A stretch of 64,000 nucleotides of DNA from Mobula hypostoma (taxonomy: Eukaryota): assembly GCF_963921235.1 (NCBI RefSeq), contig NC_086097.1:75332001-75396000 (forward strand), read 5' to 3'. A program made the translations under genes and the position numbers. Positions within the stretch are counted from its first letter, which is position 1, and the number at the start of each line of letters is the position of its first letter. The notes below the pieces were generated by a model that was not told the origin of the DNA, did not search any database, and worked only from the letters and a program-made list of their open reading frames with translations. Below, one piece after another: positions 25,388 to 39,505 of this stretch.

Positions 25388-27085
25388 AAATCTGATATGA
25401 GAGATCTATGTATTGTGAATGGTTCCCCTGAATTCAAGAACAATGAAGCAAAATGAATGATATAAAGCATAATGCTAATGTTGGATGTGTTGTCATGATC
25501 TATCTTCTTCATCAGTTTGCCACTTTTTTTCTCTCTCACATCTAACTATATCACCTCCCTTTTCATTCTTACCTTCCAGAATATTTAAAAAATAATTTAT
25601 ACTGTTTCTTTCAATCCTATTCGAGCCTCTTACTTCACCCTTGATTTTATAACAATTACCTGAGATACAAGGAGTGCAAGCTCACTTCGAATTCTAATGG
25701 AACATACATTTTAGTGCCCTTTATAGTTGCACATAAGATACCATTAAATTTGCACGGCTCAAAGCCTGACCAAGAAATAGAGCAGGGTGCAAACCTATTT
25801 GATCAATCAAACCACAACAAAGCCCAAAATTTTTCTTCTTTTCCTCATCCAAGGTTGTGGATGACCTTCTTTTCTGGTTTTCATTCCTGTATCATTCTTT
25901 ATCAAAGCTTCCGATGCCAGGATTCTCCCAATGGTGCTCTCTAAACATTCAGGGAGAACTCAGCACGATGAGATTCCTCAGAATTTGACTGCTTGGTGCC
26001 TTATTCATTGACAAATCAGAGAAGTAATGTTTGAAAATCCATGCTTTGTTATCCCGTAGCATTACTCAGAATAGCAACATCAATGCAGCAGAGTTACAGA
26101 CTGAAAGCTTCCTTGATTAAAGAAAATGATTCCATGTTTCATTCTTCACTAATCATCTACAAAAAAAATAAATTGTAGGTTATTTTTAATCTATTGCCCA
26201 TAAACCTGGATTATCCAAACATATTCTGTATGTATTTTTTTTCTATTATTCCAGTGGCAGGGAGCCTGGTTAAATAATTTCTCTACTCATTTTGTTACTC
26301 ACTCCATTTTGCACCATATATCCTTGCCTCAGCTGAAGGCAACAGTTCTAACATGGGTGGGAGTAGTTATTGAAGAAGCAATGACATAGTGATGACATAC
26401 GTCCTATTTTCCATTATTAGTGTCTCGTTAACATTGAGCGTACATCATGCCTGTCTATAATACGAGTGCAGCTGATTTTGATCATGTTTTATCACTGCTG
26501 ACAATTGCTCCACCATACATGTATGTGCTTTCAGCAGTAAGGCTCCTACTTCCCCATGCCTTCCCATTTCTAAAGAAGTCGGAGAATAATTTCCACAGGG
26601 GAATACATCAATATTCCATGCTTTGGACACCAAGGAATCAAGGAAAAAGCAAACCCAGGTGGAACCTGGCACCTTTCCTGCTCAGAGATAATAGATAGAT
26701 CAAAGTTTGTCTACACTGAACTGACCCATGTTCAAAGTTTTTTATTTAACTAGTGAAACTGCCTCCTGTTATCTCTATCAAGTTTCCCACAAAGCTAAGA
26801 TTCTGGACATTTTTTTCTAGAGTGGTCACTCACTCCCTGATACAAATAAGTGAATCGGATGCAGTCCTCCCAATTGTTCATACACATTGCATGCCTGGGT
26901 CCAGAGCGAGCATAGTTCGGCATCCTGTCAAGCAGGGATGCTGTGCTTCCATTTACACATTCTCATTAAAATGCCCGAACAGACCTTAGTCCATCCAAGT
27001 CAAAGTTAAGGGGCTCACTCGGGTTTTGACAGAGCAGCCAGAAATGGACTGACAGCAGTTCAAATTCTTTGCCTGCCCCACTCAC

Positions 27086-27251
27086 CTTCTTCTCTATTGA
27101 CTTCCACCTTGTAGGGTGGGAGAGCAGAGGCTGGGCTCACTTTGCTTCCAGCCAGTCTTTCCCCAACACTGTTGATTGGCTTCTTGTACAAGGAAAATGT
27201 GAAAGTCCGCTGGTTGCCATGAATGCAGTCAAACACATGTCAGTAGACGAA
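27086..27251 (-). other. Putative 166-nt exon with canonical splice sites
   Basis: Acceptor CTGTCTCCGTCCTCATTATAG| and donor GAAG|GTGAGT. All three frames contain a stop (FVY*, xRLLTCV*, ...KDWLEAK*), so it would be terminal, poison or non-coding. Confidence 0.4.
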
Positions 27252-27585
27252 CTATAATGAGGACGGAGACAGATGCATGATAAAAGCAATTACATATCAC
27301 GCAAGGGCTTCAGTTAGCTGTATACATGTAAACCTCTGAGTGAAGTCTCTGATGTAAAGAGATACTTCCTTTAATGAAAAGCTATTGAAGTAGTTGAGGG
27401 GAACCAAACTTGCTTAGTTCAGTGTATTATTGGATGACTGTGGCTCATAGCTCTTACTTTTTTTGACCTAGTTTGCTCATTAAACATATTGCAGCAATAA
27501 ATTGCTGTGCCTGAGGTTTTGAAGCTGGATTTGACTGCTCTTGTCAACTCTTTCTACTTTTTTTGAGCTCTGCATTTTAAAGGTC

Positions 27586-28000
27586 AGGATCAGAATCAGA
27601 ATCAGGTCTAATATCACTGGCATATGTCATGAAATTTGCTGTTTTGCGGCAGTCGTACAGTGCAATACATAATTTTAAAACTATAAATTACAATAACTAT
27701 ATATTTATATAATAAGTCATACAAAAAGAGAGCAAAATAAATGGTGAGCTAGTGTACATAGATTCATTTTTTCATTCAGAGAAATAATAGCAGGGGAGGA
27801 GAAGCTGTTCCTAAAATATTGATTGTACAGTGTGTCCTCAGGCTCCTTGAACAGGGCATTTGAAGATGTCCTTGATGGTGGGGAAGCTAGTGCCTATGAT
27901 GGAACTGCCTGAGTTTGCAAATTTCTGCAGCCTTTTCCAATCCTGTGCAGCAGCCCCTCCATACTAGATGGTGATGCAACCAGCTAGAATGGTTCTCTTT
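27586..28000 (-). mobile_element. Rex1/Babar-like 3' fragment with (TCTGAT)n tail
   Basis: ATCAGA repeats at 27589-27605. The region near 27900-27990 resembles 150-230 of the Rex copy at the window start. Confidence 0.8.
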
Positions 28001-28219
28001 CATTCTCAAGCAAGACCCCTTAGCCAATACGTTGAAGTTATTGCTGCCTCTGAAATACTTGGGGTGTATGCCCCACTGCAGACCGTGAAAACATTCTGTT
28101 TCCCATTTCAAACAAATATAACTGATTGCCCATCCTTTCCTGAAACCTGAAGAGGTATTTAAATATTGCAGGTGCAAAATTAAAATGGACAAGCTGTTAT
28201 TGTGAAGGGGTGATAACTG

Positions 28220-28660
28220 CTGAATCATGGAGGTTTACAGCACAGATAGAGGCCATTTGACCTGTTGTGTCCATGAATTCAAGTTACACCCATTTCCCAT
28301 ATCCCATCTCCCAGCATAGGAAATAATGCATCTAGGTTTATTTTTAATGCAATAAATGTGACTGCCTCCAACAGCATTTCAGGCAGTGAGGTCCAGACCC
28401 TTCTTACTCCTTGGGCGGAAAAAAATCTGCAGTTCCCCTCTAATTCTTCCACCAATGAATACATTCTGACTTGGATATTGAACCTTTAAGCCAAGGGAAA
28501 TATATTCTTCATTTTCATCCTCTGCAGATATCCCATCCATTTAAATCTGCCCTCCATTTCATTTGCTCCAAATTAAACAGCACCACCCCAAACACTTTCT
28601 CCTCATAATCTCGACACTCTGTGCATCCTTCTGTAAATTCAATGCACCATCTCCAGCACT
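28220..28660 (-). mobile_element. Old CR1 3' fragment
   Basis: ORF 28279(-) reads FFSAQGVRRVWTSLPEMLLEA, the CR1 'FFTQRVV..WN.LP' motif. Confidence 0.75.
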
Positions 28661-29814
28661 AACCCTTCCGATCAGATGATTCTAAAAGCTTAGGCAATGC
28701 TGAGGAATTTATGGAGACAAAAGGGTAATGATTCTCTCCCTTCCTGCTTCCAATGAGTTTATTGTACAGTACAACACTGATTTATTTTCCACTCTGTCCT
28801 TTTACAAAGTTTCTTTGCAATGCAGCTTGCACAGCCTTGTCCCCAAGATATCTGTGCATGAAGAAAATACAAAGATGCCAATGTTTTGTAGACAAGCAAC
28901 AAAAGTCATTTTAGTTCTTTACCTGTGCTGATTCTCACAACCTTTGAATGTCTAAGTAGACTGACATGGTTGCATTATGATATGCAGTGTCAATACATGA
29001 TCTTCGTGTTGAAAGGCTTAAGTTCATTGTGAAGCTTGGACCACTGCAGTCCAGAGTATTAAATTCCAAAATTAAAAGTAGAGCTTTTCCCCTTAATAAG
29101 CGTCGTCACGCATGAAGGTTACAAAGGATATTAAATGAAAAAGAACGATGTTGATATAAAATGCATTGTGAATTTGTGTAACCTTTAATAATTTATTTAC
29201 CGTCATTTCTTCATCTACACTTTATTGGCTTCCTCCACTAAACTGATGAAGCCTGCAGTTAATGTTCAGGATGTAGTTGTTTTAACACAGGAACCCTTAA
29301 TATAAACAAAGGTCTCTAATGCACGTATAATTAAGAAAATCCAAGAGTATTGTTTTCTTAAAAAAAAACAGAAAACTGAAAACAATTAAGCCAGTAGAGA
29401 AGAAACACACTGTGGGCATAGTTACATTTTCAGAATATTACAGTTCCACTTGTGATACTACCAAGAGAAAGCAATAAATTAAGGAATTAGTAAAATAAAG
29501 CCGGACGGAAACTGAATCAGTAACTGGAAAAGTTGTCTAATGGCATTCTTTCTGGTTCCCTTAGTTCGTGTCTAAATTACAGATCTAATGCTTTACCTAC
29601 TGTTTACCAGAATAAATTTGATAAAAACCATTCTAATAAAGATCTCGATGTCATTACTTCTTAGAGTAAGAAAGACATGGTATGCAGCTGATCCAGAGGC
29701 ATCTATTAGCAAAAAAGTGAAAATGGAATATGTGTAATTAAATGCATTCATGGACATGATCGAGTGCCTGAGAGCAATTGAAAAATAATGATCTGGGAAA
29801 GTTTTATACATATA

Positions 29815-30330
29815 AGCACATAGAACTTAGAACAGTACAGCACAAGAACAAGCCCGTTGGCCTATAATGTCTGTGGTATCTGTGATACCACTTTAAACAC
29901 ATCCATCTGCCCGCACATGGTCTATAACTCTCCATCCTCTGCCTCTCTATATATCTACCTGAAAACCTCTTAAACTTTGCTATTGCATCTGCTTCCACCA
30001 CTTCTCCTGGAAGCACATTACAGGCACTTCCTCTCTCTGTTTAAAAAAAATGCCTAACAAATCTCCTTTAAATTTCACCCCCCCCCACACCCAAATCTGT
30101 GCCCTCCTGTATTTGACATTTTCACCTTGGAAAAGACTCTGACTGTCTACACTATCTATGCCTTCTTTAGTTTTATATACTTTGGTCATATTGTCCCCCA
30201 GCCTCCAATGTTCCTGAGAAAACAAACGCTTCTTTATAACTAATACCCTGTAATCTAGGCCACATCCTGGTGATCCTCTTTTGCACTTTCTTCTGTAATG
30301 CCATGACCCAATTGCATGCAATGCTCCAAT
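29815..30330 (-). mobile_element. CR1 3' fragment
   Basis: ORF 29804(-) reads LPGEVVEADAIAKFKR and ORF 29980(-) reads LFSQEHWRLGDNMTKVYK. Confidence 0.85.
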
Positions 30331-30389
30331 ATTTTATTCAGTTGCAGAAATAGTTAAGAGACCTTTTTGTTTAATCAGGAATTAGAGTA

Positions 30390-31113
30390 CAGTGGATTCT
30401 GGTCAATCAGGGCCGCTGCTAATTTTGTGACAACTCTTAAAGAACAAAAACAAATCGAGAAAATAGCCAGGATTCACCTCATTTATTTGGGTCGCTTTGC
30501 CTCTTAATTTGGGCAGGTGGCTGTAGCCAAACATTTTCTAACTAGTGTCAGTCATGTCCAAGTCGTACAGCCTTTAGACCCTACACCATGCTTAGAGCAA
30601 GTATTTTTTTAACTAGTGTCACTTGCTTGTTTGTGTTCAAAACACAGTGTTTTTTTGTCACTGATAGTTAGCAAGTAATAAGCAGTGAGACAATTCAAAA
30701 CTGCTTTGCTCACTGTGGCTTCAAGCATTCAGGCCAGAAACAGCCAGGAGTGAAAATAAAACGATTACATCACTTCAACAAGTTCAGAGCCTCAAAGAAT
30801 TTAAAAGTAGAGACAATCAACTTGCATTTTACAATTAAAATAAAGATTTGTAGGATGCAGTCATTGAAAGCATTGATTGAAGGCAGTCCACCATCTGCAC
30901 CAGGAACTAATACAGTTTTAGAGTACTGTAGTATTTTTGGCAGTGTTCTAATTTATTCAGTATTTCATTTAAATATTTAATTAGTTAAATGATAGTTTGT
31001 CTTTTTTATACCATTTTTAGCAATTTCTATGAAACTTCAGCTAATTGGGACAGCCGCTTAATTGGGCCAAGATGTACTGGTCCCAATGTGTCCCAATTAA
31101 CTGGAATCCACTG
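30390..31113. mobile_element. Tc1/mariner (pogo/Tigger-like) non-autonomous transposon, 724 bp
   Basis: TA flanks at 30388-30389 and 31114-31115. TIRs are CAGTGGATTCTGGTCAATCAGG and CCCAATTAACTGGAATCCACTG (first 10 bp perfect). Subterminal AATTGGG repeats. Confidence 0.9.
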
Positions 31114-31479
31114 TATTTCTTTAGAATTTTGCCTCAGTAGGTTCGATAGGAAGAAAGATCCATTATGTCGGTAAACTATTCATGGAAAGAACTTGATGAA
31201 GAATATACTGTAGATTGTTACAAAAGTATATATTATGTATTGATGACAGATGATAGAGTGGAAAAACCTCACGTCATGCGGATTTGCCTGGGCATCTGAT
31301 ATTTCTGAACAATATCCTATCCAGTGGTTCCAGGTTCTCATTTTCTTTTGTTAACTATTATGGTGATACTGGTAGATCTTTACTTTTACTGGATCCGAAA
31401 TGGTAACAAAAAAAGGATAACACAGGCCAATGTAAAAAGCTCACATTGAATACTCAACTATCTAGCAGGTGATGATTCT

Positions 31480-31720
31480 GCTATGAAAAGGGATAAGCCA
31501 GCAGGCTCTTGAGCTTATTCCACCATTTATTATGATAATTGCTAATCTGATCTAAACTCCACATTCCCACTACAGTAATTTTCTGTTCCTTTGCTTGTCA
31601 ACAATCTAGCTGCTGTTAATTTAAAAATAATCGGAGGCTACATCTATTGCTCTTTGAGGAACAGAATTCTAAAAACTTCTGTCTTAATTATATGATTCTT
31701 TATTTTTGACAGGAACCCTC
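31480..31720 (-). mobile_element. Old CR1 3' fragment, apparently continued at ~32975-33340
   Basis: Decayed reverse complement of a CR1 3' end, interrupted by the younger plus-strand CR1. Confidence 0.5.
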
Positions 31721-31724
31721 AGTG

Positions 31725-32960
31725 AAAATTTTGCCTGACAAATCTGTTAGAATTCTTGAGGAAGTAACAAGCAGGATGGATGAAGGAGAGGCAGTGGATG
31801 TCATTTACATGGATTTCCAGAAGGCATTTGATAGGTGCCTCACATGAGGCTGCTTAACAAGATAAGATCCTATGGTGTTACAGGAAAGATACTGGTATGG
31901 GTAGAGGGATGGCTGACAGGTAGGATGCAGCGAGTGGGAATAAAGAGGCCTTTTCTGGTTGGCTGCCGGTGACTAGTGGTGTTCCTCAGGGGTCAGTATT
32001 GGGACCGTTACTTTTCACATTGTTTGTCAATAATTTAGATAGTGGAATTGATGGCTCGGTAGCAAAATTTGTAGATAATATGAAGATAGGTGGAGGGGTA
32101 AGTAATGCTGAAGAAGAAATGCGATTGCAGCAGGATGAAGACAAATTGGAGGAATGGGCAAAAAAGTGACAAATGGAATGATGGGAAATGTTGGGAAATA
32201 TATGATAATGCATTTTGATAAAAGGAACAATAGTGCAGACTAGTATCTAAGTGGGGAGAAAATTCAATCATCAGAGGTGCAAAGGGACTGAAGAGTCCTC
32301 GTGAAAGACTCCCAGAGGGTTAATTCACGGATTGAATTCATGGTAAACAAAGCAAGGGGAATTGAATACAAAATCAAGGAGAAAATACGACTCTAGTCTG
32401 GCTGCACTTGGAGTATTATCAACTATTTTGGGCCCCTTATTTCAGAAAGGACATATTGTCATTGGAGAGAGTCCAGAGGAGGTTCACAAGGATGATTCCG
32501 GGAATGAAGGGTTTAACATATGAGTAGTGTTTGGCGACTTTGGGCCTGTAATCACTGGATTTTAGAAGAATGTGTGGGGATCACATTGAAACCTACCGAA
32601 TGTTGAGAGGACTAGATAAGATGGATTGGAGAGGATGTTTCTTCTGGTGAGGGTATCCAGAACTAGAGGGCACCGCCTCAAAATTGAGGGGCAACCTTTT
32701 AGAACAGAAGTAAGGAAGAATTTTTTTAGCTGAAGAGTGGCGATTCTGTGGAATGCTCTGCCACAGACTACGGTGGAGGCCAGATCCGTGGGTATATTCA
32801 AAGCGGAAGTTGATAGATTCCTGATTGGTCAAGGCGTCAAGGGACGTGGTGAGAGGGCAGGTGTATGGGTTTGAGTGGGATCCGGGATCAGTCATGATGA
32901 AATGGCAGAGCAGACTCAATGGGCTGAATGGCCTAATTCCACTCCCATGTCTTATTGTCT
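31725..32960 (+). mobile_element. CR1 LINE ORF2 RT and 3' end, 5'-truncated and decayed
   Basis: VDVIYMDFQKAFD near 31793; ORF 31969 reads TSGVPQGSVLGPLLFTLFVNNLD...KFVDNMK. CR1 3' UTR present. Confidence 0.95.
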
Positions 32961-35900
32961 TAGTTTACACATCTGCCGCGAGAGGAAGTAACATCTCCAC
33001 ATCAACGTTCCCTCTAATTATTTTTACAGCTGTGCAGTCCAACCATTGCTTTGAGCAGGAAATTTTTACAACGCCTGAAAATTGCACAGTATTTTAAATG
33101 TTTAAATGTTAAGAAAATTTCAGCTGAGCAGAAACAAAGGCTATGTGCACAGGAGCATTTCAGTTACTGCCTGGTCATGAACTTAGAGGGAAAAATACCT
33201 GTTAGAACCTGTTAGAATCTTGTATGTTGCAATCAACCTCCCCAATCATTTTCCTGAACTCCAGTGAATACAGGCCTGGCCAGTTTAACCTTTCAGCATA
33301 TGACAACTTGTCTGTTCCAGGTATTCATCCAGTAAACCATTGAGCCTTGTATAGTAGAAAGCCTCATATTCAATTTCTAGGCAAATGTTGACTTAACTAT
33401 GTAGGACTCTGACTCACATTTATGCATGGAATTTGTCTGAAAATAGTGAATGCCAAACAATTGAATGGTATGTTTTATCTGGACCAATTTTAAAAGAGAA
33501 GCGATCTTTCAGAACTGTAGCTTATGCCATCTGTAGCCCATGAAACTATGAGTGCTGCCAGGATAAGAGAAATCAATTGAAAATAACACCTAAAGTAACT
33601 AAATACTTGTCTTCTTTTTAAAAAGTAACATTCTTATATAAACAACTACTGTAACTTGCCTCGTACATGATTCCTCACTACGTCAGAGAAGCGTGAAGGG
33701 AAATTGTCTGCTAACCAGAGAAACTCTGAATGCGACATACCTTTACTTTTTCCTTATAGTTCTCATTTAACCAGTACGATAAAGAAGTCTGGTTTACCTT
33801 TTCATTTTGTGCAAGAACGTTTGTCATTAATAATGAGATGCAAAAATTAATGTAATTCAGTAGAGTACTTTGAAATTATTCTATAGCAATTCATGGCACT
33901 TGTTGGATAATTGTGTATTTCTGATTATTGTAATGCCATAGAAGAAGGTTGTTTCACTGGTTGCTGTAAGGCAGCATATCTACTACTGGCTGTTCCAAAC
34001 AAAAGGGCTTAGTGCTTGTGTTGCCTTTTGTTCCTCTAACAAACCAACAAGTAGCCAAAAACTATAGCACGAGAAATAAAAAATGTTGGAAACACTCAAG
34101 AAAGTCAGACGGTAGGGAGAGAGAAAGGAAAATGTTTCATTTGAAGTGGCTGATTAGATATTATATGGTTATTTCTAAATCATAACTCCATTGTGATTGT
34201 GGGGCGGTGGGGTAAAAGAATTAGGTAAAATATAAAATAAAATGTCAACTTCTATCTCTGATATTGTTGATACACATTGTGGGTCACCGCAGAGTAACAT
34301 ATAAATGTTGTGTGGCCGTGTGCATATAGTTTGCCATTTTGTGAGCTGTTCAGTCAGTTCCATCGTCCCCTGGACTCCTACTTTACAGTGATGAGATGCC
34401 AACGGGAATCATAATGGTTGCTTACAGAGGAGAAGTCAGGAGACAAATTAGCACCTGGATCCCATCTGTGATTATTTAATGAGAAACTTGCATTGGCAAA
34501 AGCTCCTCCTCCTGGTCTCCCTGTCGAATGATAATGTGTGCTTTTTGAGGGCATCAACATGGATCTTAAAAGAGAAGAGAACAACTAATTAAACTGTCCT
34601 CCACCAAAATCAAATCTACCTACAGACTGTGATATGTCATATTTCTGTGATTAAGTTAAGGAAATTTCAGCTCATGACTAATTCAGGGACATACTGACAG
34701 ATTATCCACTTGCTCGGATAGCTACACCTGCCCAAACACAACTGAAAAGCTTTCAACCTTTATTGAAACAAATCTATACAAAGACCAGAAGTGGATTCTG
34801 TAAAGATTCCCTTGTTTGATAAGTGCACAAGTTGACAACAGACAGAGTGAGGATGTACTTATGGTTTGGTTAAACATCTAACTGTTAATGGCAGCTCTTT
34901 TTTTACATGAGGTTTGCAGTTGAAATGCTTGAGTGGAAAAGAAAGAAAGGCACACAGATCCATTCAAATCCACGCCTGCTGCTGATAATGAGCTCAAACA
35001 TTTTCAGCCTGACCAAAAGTTCAAGACAGAAATGTGTGTACTGATCTGACATATAAGGCAGCCAAAAGAAATTCAATAAAACATCATGAGAGCTTAAAAG
35101 TTAATGCTCAAAAATAAATTGCAACAAACACAGGCAAAGCAGTATTATCCCATCTTATCGTTGACATCTACCAAGAGAAATATTGCCATCATTCTTTACA
35201 ATGAATTGGTCTGTGGTCTTGAAATAGGCCTGCAATGTCGTTTGACCAAGTAGGTAGACTAAGATTGCTGTTATTTGTAGGGCAGCACTCTCATGCTTAA
35301 AACAAACACCATGAGAATGAGAAATATGAGTACACTTCCTCAATAGTTTCAGTTTTCAGAATCATGTTTTGTGAGAAATTGGTTGTTATTATTCTTTGCA
35401 TTAAAGTAGCAGGATACAACATTTGGAAAAATATGAATGTAAATGGGAGCTTTAGTCTAAACAACAATGTAGCCAGTAGCAGGGAATGCTTCTTCCAGGC
35501 ACACTCCCAATAGCACTTTTAGTGAGCTAAATATTGGTCCTCACGTGTGAGTGAGGCCCGACTTCAGTTTAAATCTGGTTAATGATCAGTATTGTGAGAA
35601 ATCCATTTGTTTTATTGTAATGATTTGTAATGTTCATGGTGTCAGCAGAGATTCTGATTAAAGGGAGCACTTCCATGCATACCCAACCTCTTCGAAGTTA
35701 CTCCACTGTCCAAGGAGTGTGTGAGCTAATTTTACACATCTGTGCTTTAAACTAGACTCTAATACCACTCTCCTAATCTCACAGAAATAGATCAGTGCTG
35801 ACGTTAGACCCTTCAGCAAGGTTACTTTGATATCCTTGTGATCTACAGAAGAATTTTAAAATGTTGGCACCATTGTAATATATTTGTTTTTATTTTTCAG

Positions 35901-36809
35901 GTGCATCCACAATGAAGCAGAAGTGTTCTTTAACCAGGAGTATGTATATAGCAGCACCAAAGAAAAGTGTTGTTTTGTATTTCTGCATCAGCAGTCTAAG
36001 CAACTCAGGATATATTTAAGCAGACTGGCTCTGGATGCATAGGGTGAAATCATCTTTGTGCATTTCAAAACTGCACACTTGAGAAGAAATTGACCTCTGG
36101 TAAATTCTGGAGCAAGTTCAATAGTTGAATGAGCAAAGAAAGTTGGTCAATCTTCTACTTGAAGGGCATGCATTAAAGAATGATTAGTTTACTAGATTTT
36201 ATGTTTTTATTGTCCTTTATTCCAGATTGACTCTTAAATTAAATATCTAATATTGCATGCTATTGCTGTCTCATTATTTCCACTGAATCAACACCAAGGA
36301 GAATACATTTACTAGATTTCTATGGGGAGGTAATTCTTTTTGAATAATTTATTGAAAAATTATTAACTGTGGTCATACTGACTTGTTCACAAACTTTAAC
36401 AATGAAACCATTTCATCCACTGTACATATTAAGTGGGGAGTTTTTTTGTTTAATTTATTTAATTGTCATAAGAACTTGACAGATAGTGGGAATAACATGT
36501 AAGGAATCATTCCGTCGTTTTGTGGCCCCCAGAGGAAAAAGTGCATCTACAGATCTTGGCCCCAATTCTCTGACCGATGCAACGGTGTCTTGCTTCAGTT
36601 CATTTATTTTGAATTATGTTAATACAAAAGGGAATTGAATTTATCTATAGGAAATAAAAAAAATTACTTTGATAGGGGTAAAAAAGGGAGGAGTGAATGT
36701 AATTAGAGCCCTCTTTTAAATAGTAACCAGAGGCACAATAGGTCTTCTGATCTCCTCGTATGCCGTAAGATTCCATCACAGTAAGCTGAATTAATATGCT
36801 CAAATATTT

Positions 36810-37740
36810 TATAGTACAGCATGGAGATAGGGCTTTTAGCCCAATTTGTCCATAGCAACCAAGATGCCCAACCGTATTAATTCCATTAGCCAGCACTTGA
36901 TCCGTTTCCTCTAAACCTTTCCTGTACATGTACCTGTCAGAGTGTCATCTAAATATTGTAATTGTACCTGTCTCAACCACTTCCTCTGACAGCTCATTCC
37001 ATATGCATGTTACACTTTGTATAAAGGAGTTGCCCCTCAAATCCCTTTTGAATCTTTCCTCTCACATTCACTCTATGAGGTCTAGTTTTTGATTTCTCTT
37101 TCCCCAGAAAAAAAGATTGTGTGCTTTCACCCTACCTATTCCCCTTATGATTGTATGTACTTCTGTAAAGTCACCCCTCAGTTTTCCGTGGTCCAGTGAA
37201 TTAATCCTAGCCTGCCCGACCTCTCCTTATAACTCAGGCCCTTGAGTCCTGGCAACATTCTCTTAAATCTTCTTTGCACCCTTTCCGGATTGATAATATT
37301 TGACTTATAAAGAGGTAACTAAAACTCTACAGAATACCCGAGGTGCAACTTCACCAATGTCTTGTACAACAGCAGCATAACATCTCAGCTCCTATATTCA
37401 ATACCCTGATGAATGAAGGCCAGCATGCCAAATGTCTCTTCCCCACCCTATTAACTGTGGCTCCACTTTTGGGGAACTGTTTGCTTGTATTCTGTTCTAC
37501 AGCACTCCACAAGGCTCTACTATTCACTGTGAAGTTCCTATCCTGGTTCAATTTCCCATAATGCAACACCCTGCACATATCTGAATTGAATATCATTTGC
37601 CAATCCTTGGCTCATTTTCCTAGATGATGAACAAACTTTTGTAAGTTTCGATGGCGTTCTTCACTGTGTACAATACCATCTAGTTCAGTGTCATTTGCAA
37701 ATTTATTGACCACACCTTGTACGTTCTCATACAAATCCCG
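36810..37740 (-). mobile_element. CR1 LINE 3' fragment
   Basis: ORF 37351(-) reads MIFNSDMCRVLHYGKLN. A decayed FANDT RT motif lies near 37690 and a CR1 3' UTR near 36815. Confidence 0.88.
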
Positions 37741-39347
37741 ATTTGACCTGAAACATCATTCAGGAAGATTTGATTGTTTTGTGATCTCTTGGATACTTTA
37801 GGAACACAGAAGAATATGAACGCTGAACTTTTATTTCTGAGAACTGGTTTTGATTGCTGCTAGATAAATTGGATGAAAATCTTTTTTTTAAAATCCTACC
37901 AACAAAAAGAGATCCACTTGAAATGAATATGGCTAGTCACAACAAACTTTACAATTTGCACTCATCTGCATGGTACATTATAAGCAACTAATAACACACT
38001 TCATCAAAGGACTGAATGATGTAGGATCCCATATTATTACGTGACTATCAGGATGGTAAAATTGAATTAGATGATCATTGGTCTTTTATTCCTTTCACTA
38101 CTTGTGTTCTTCTATAAAGATGCATTTTACGGGAAGTGCAAAGTTTCATACTGTAATAAAAAGACTGCTGTTTTGAGGTTAGATTTTCTGTTGCAGTTAT
38201 ATATTTTACATCTTGCTGACACTATGTTTCCTCTGTCTTTACTGCATTTTATTCCATGTCTGTGTTCAATGCAATCAGGGAAGATCAGACATGTGAACAG
38301 ATTTGAAGTCACGAGTAAGGGATGCTTTGGGCAGACCACTATACTGCTCCAGCATTTGCAATGACTTGTTTCTTCATTTACCAGTCTCTGGTTTCCCAAG
38401 TTGATCTGCAAGTAGTAGTTCTGACCAAGCCCTCTTGGAGACTCCAGGCTCACAGCTAAATGGCAGCTAGCTGTGCAAATCCATGCCCATGTGTTTAAAA
38501 TTAAGCAAAGAACAAATGATCGTTTCTAAGATCCATTAACATAAGAGTCTTTCATGCTTTTGTATTTCTGGAGGACACTTACCATTGATAGTAAAGTGTG
38601 CTGATTTCATTGTTGATGGCATTCCTTCAATAAAAGCATGCTTTTACAGACTGGAATTGAAAGGAGCAAATTTGAATCTGAGTTATATGAATTGCAAAGG
38701 TAGTACAGTATATTGATCAACATAAATAACCTCTTTCCACTGAATTGGATGAATTTCTTGTATTTAATTCACTTCAGATCAAAACAATGTTGAGCAACAT
38801 AAGACCGCTTTATGCTTGCAATAATGCAAACATTTTTTTAAATATCTTTTTTTTAAAAATTGAAAATGGATTCTGTTGCTCTCAAATTATACTCAATTTC
38901 ATGAGTGCCAAGAAATCTGGAAAAAATGGAATGTTTAATAAACCTCATTGCTATTCCTGCAGGTTACAATGTAGGGAGAAAGTAAGTGGGCGAAGCAGCA
39001 TCATGAATAGCAGTGATAAAAAAGATTAAAACAGAAAGGAAGACATGTTTAAGCAACAAGCTTGAGTTGTTTGTGGTAGAGGTCAAGGAGAACAAAAACA
39101 ATCTATGTAGTGTCAGTGATGTCAAAATGAAAGCATCTTTGAATGCTGTCAAAATGGAATAGCATTAATCTGCTGGGCAGTGATCATCAACTGTTTAATG
39201 TGAATGCTCGGATGATTCTGAGGAATGATCTAATGGAGAATATCAAGTAAAAACTGGTAAGGATTAAAATTGTGTGGGCAGAAACAGGAGACTGAAAGTT
39301 AGGGGTTTTGAGGGTCTTGCAGTTTCTGAGAAGCCAGCCATTACATG

Positions 39348-39505
39348 TCAACTACAGCCTCCGTTATGCCTGTCCATATCTAACACCTTTTGAGAGCAGG
39401 TGGTTTCCAAAGGGCTATCACTTTCCTCATCTACTACCATTTCAGCTTCTCTGGGGTAGTCAGGTTGAGAAAAAGGATCCCATTTTGCAGCAATTGAATC
39501 ACCTG
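39348..39505 (-). CDS. Putative terminal coding exon: GDSIAAKWDPFSQPDYPREAEMVVDEESDSPLETTCSQKVLDMDRHNGGCS*
   Basis: Minus-strand acceptor CCAATCCCTCCTTTTCAG|CAG| (NAGNAG, exon start 39505 or 39502). The phase-1 frame is open for 51 codons to TGA. Confidence 0.35.

Noticed and set aside
27230..27251. Selenocysteine codon in FVY*HVFDC
   Set aside because: No resemblance to a selenoprotein I know and no SECIS element identified. Alternative splicing or chance is simpler.
35901..35939. Plus-strand 39-nt mini-exon (TTTTTCAG|...|GTATGT)
   Set aside because: It is isolated, with no partner plus-strand exons and no recognisable peptide.
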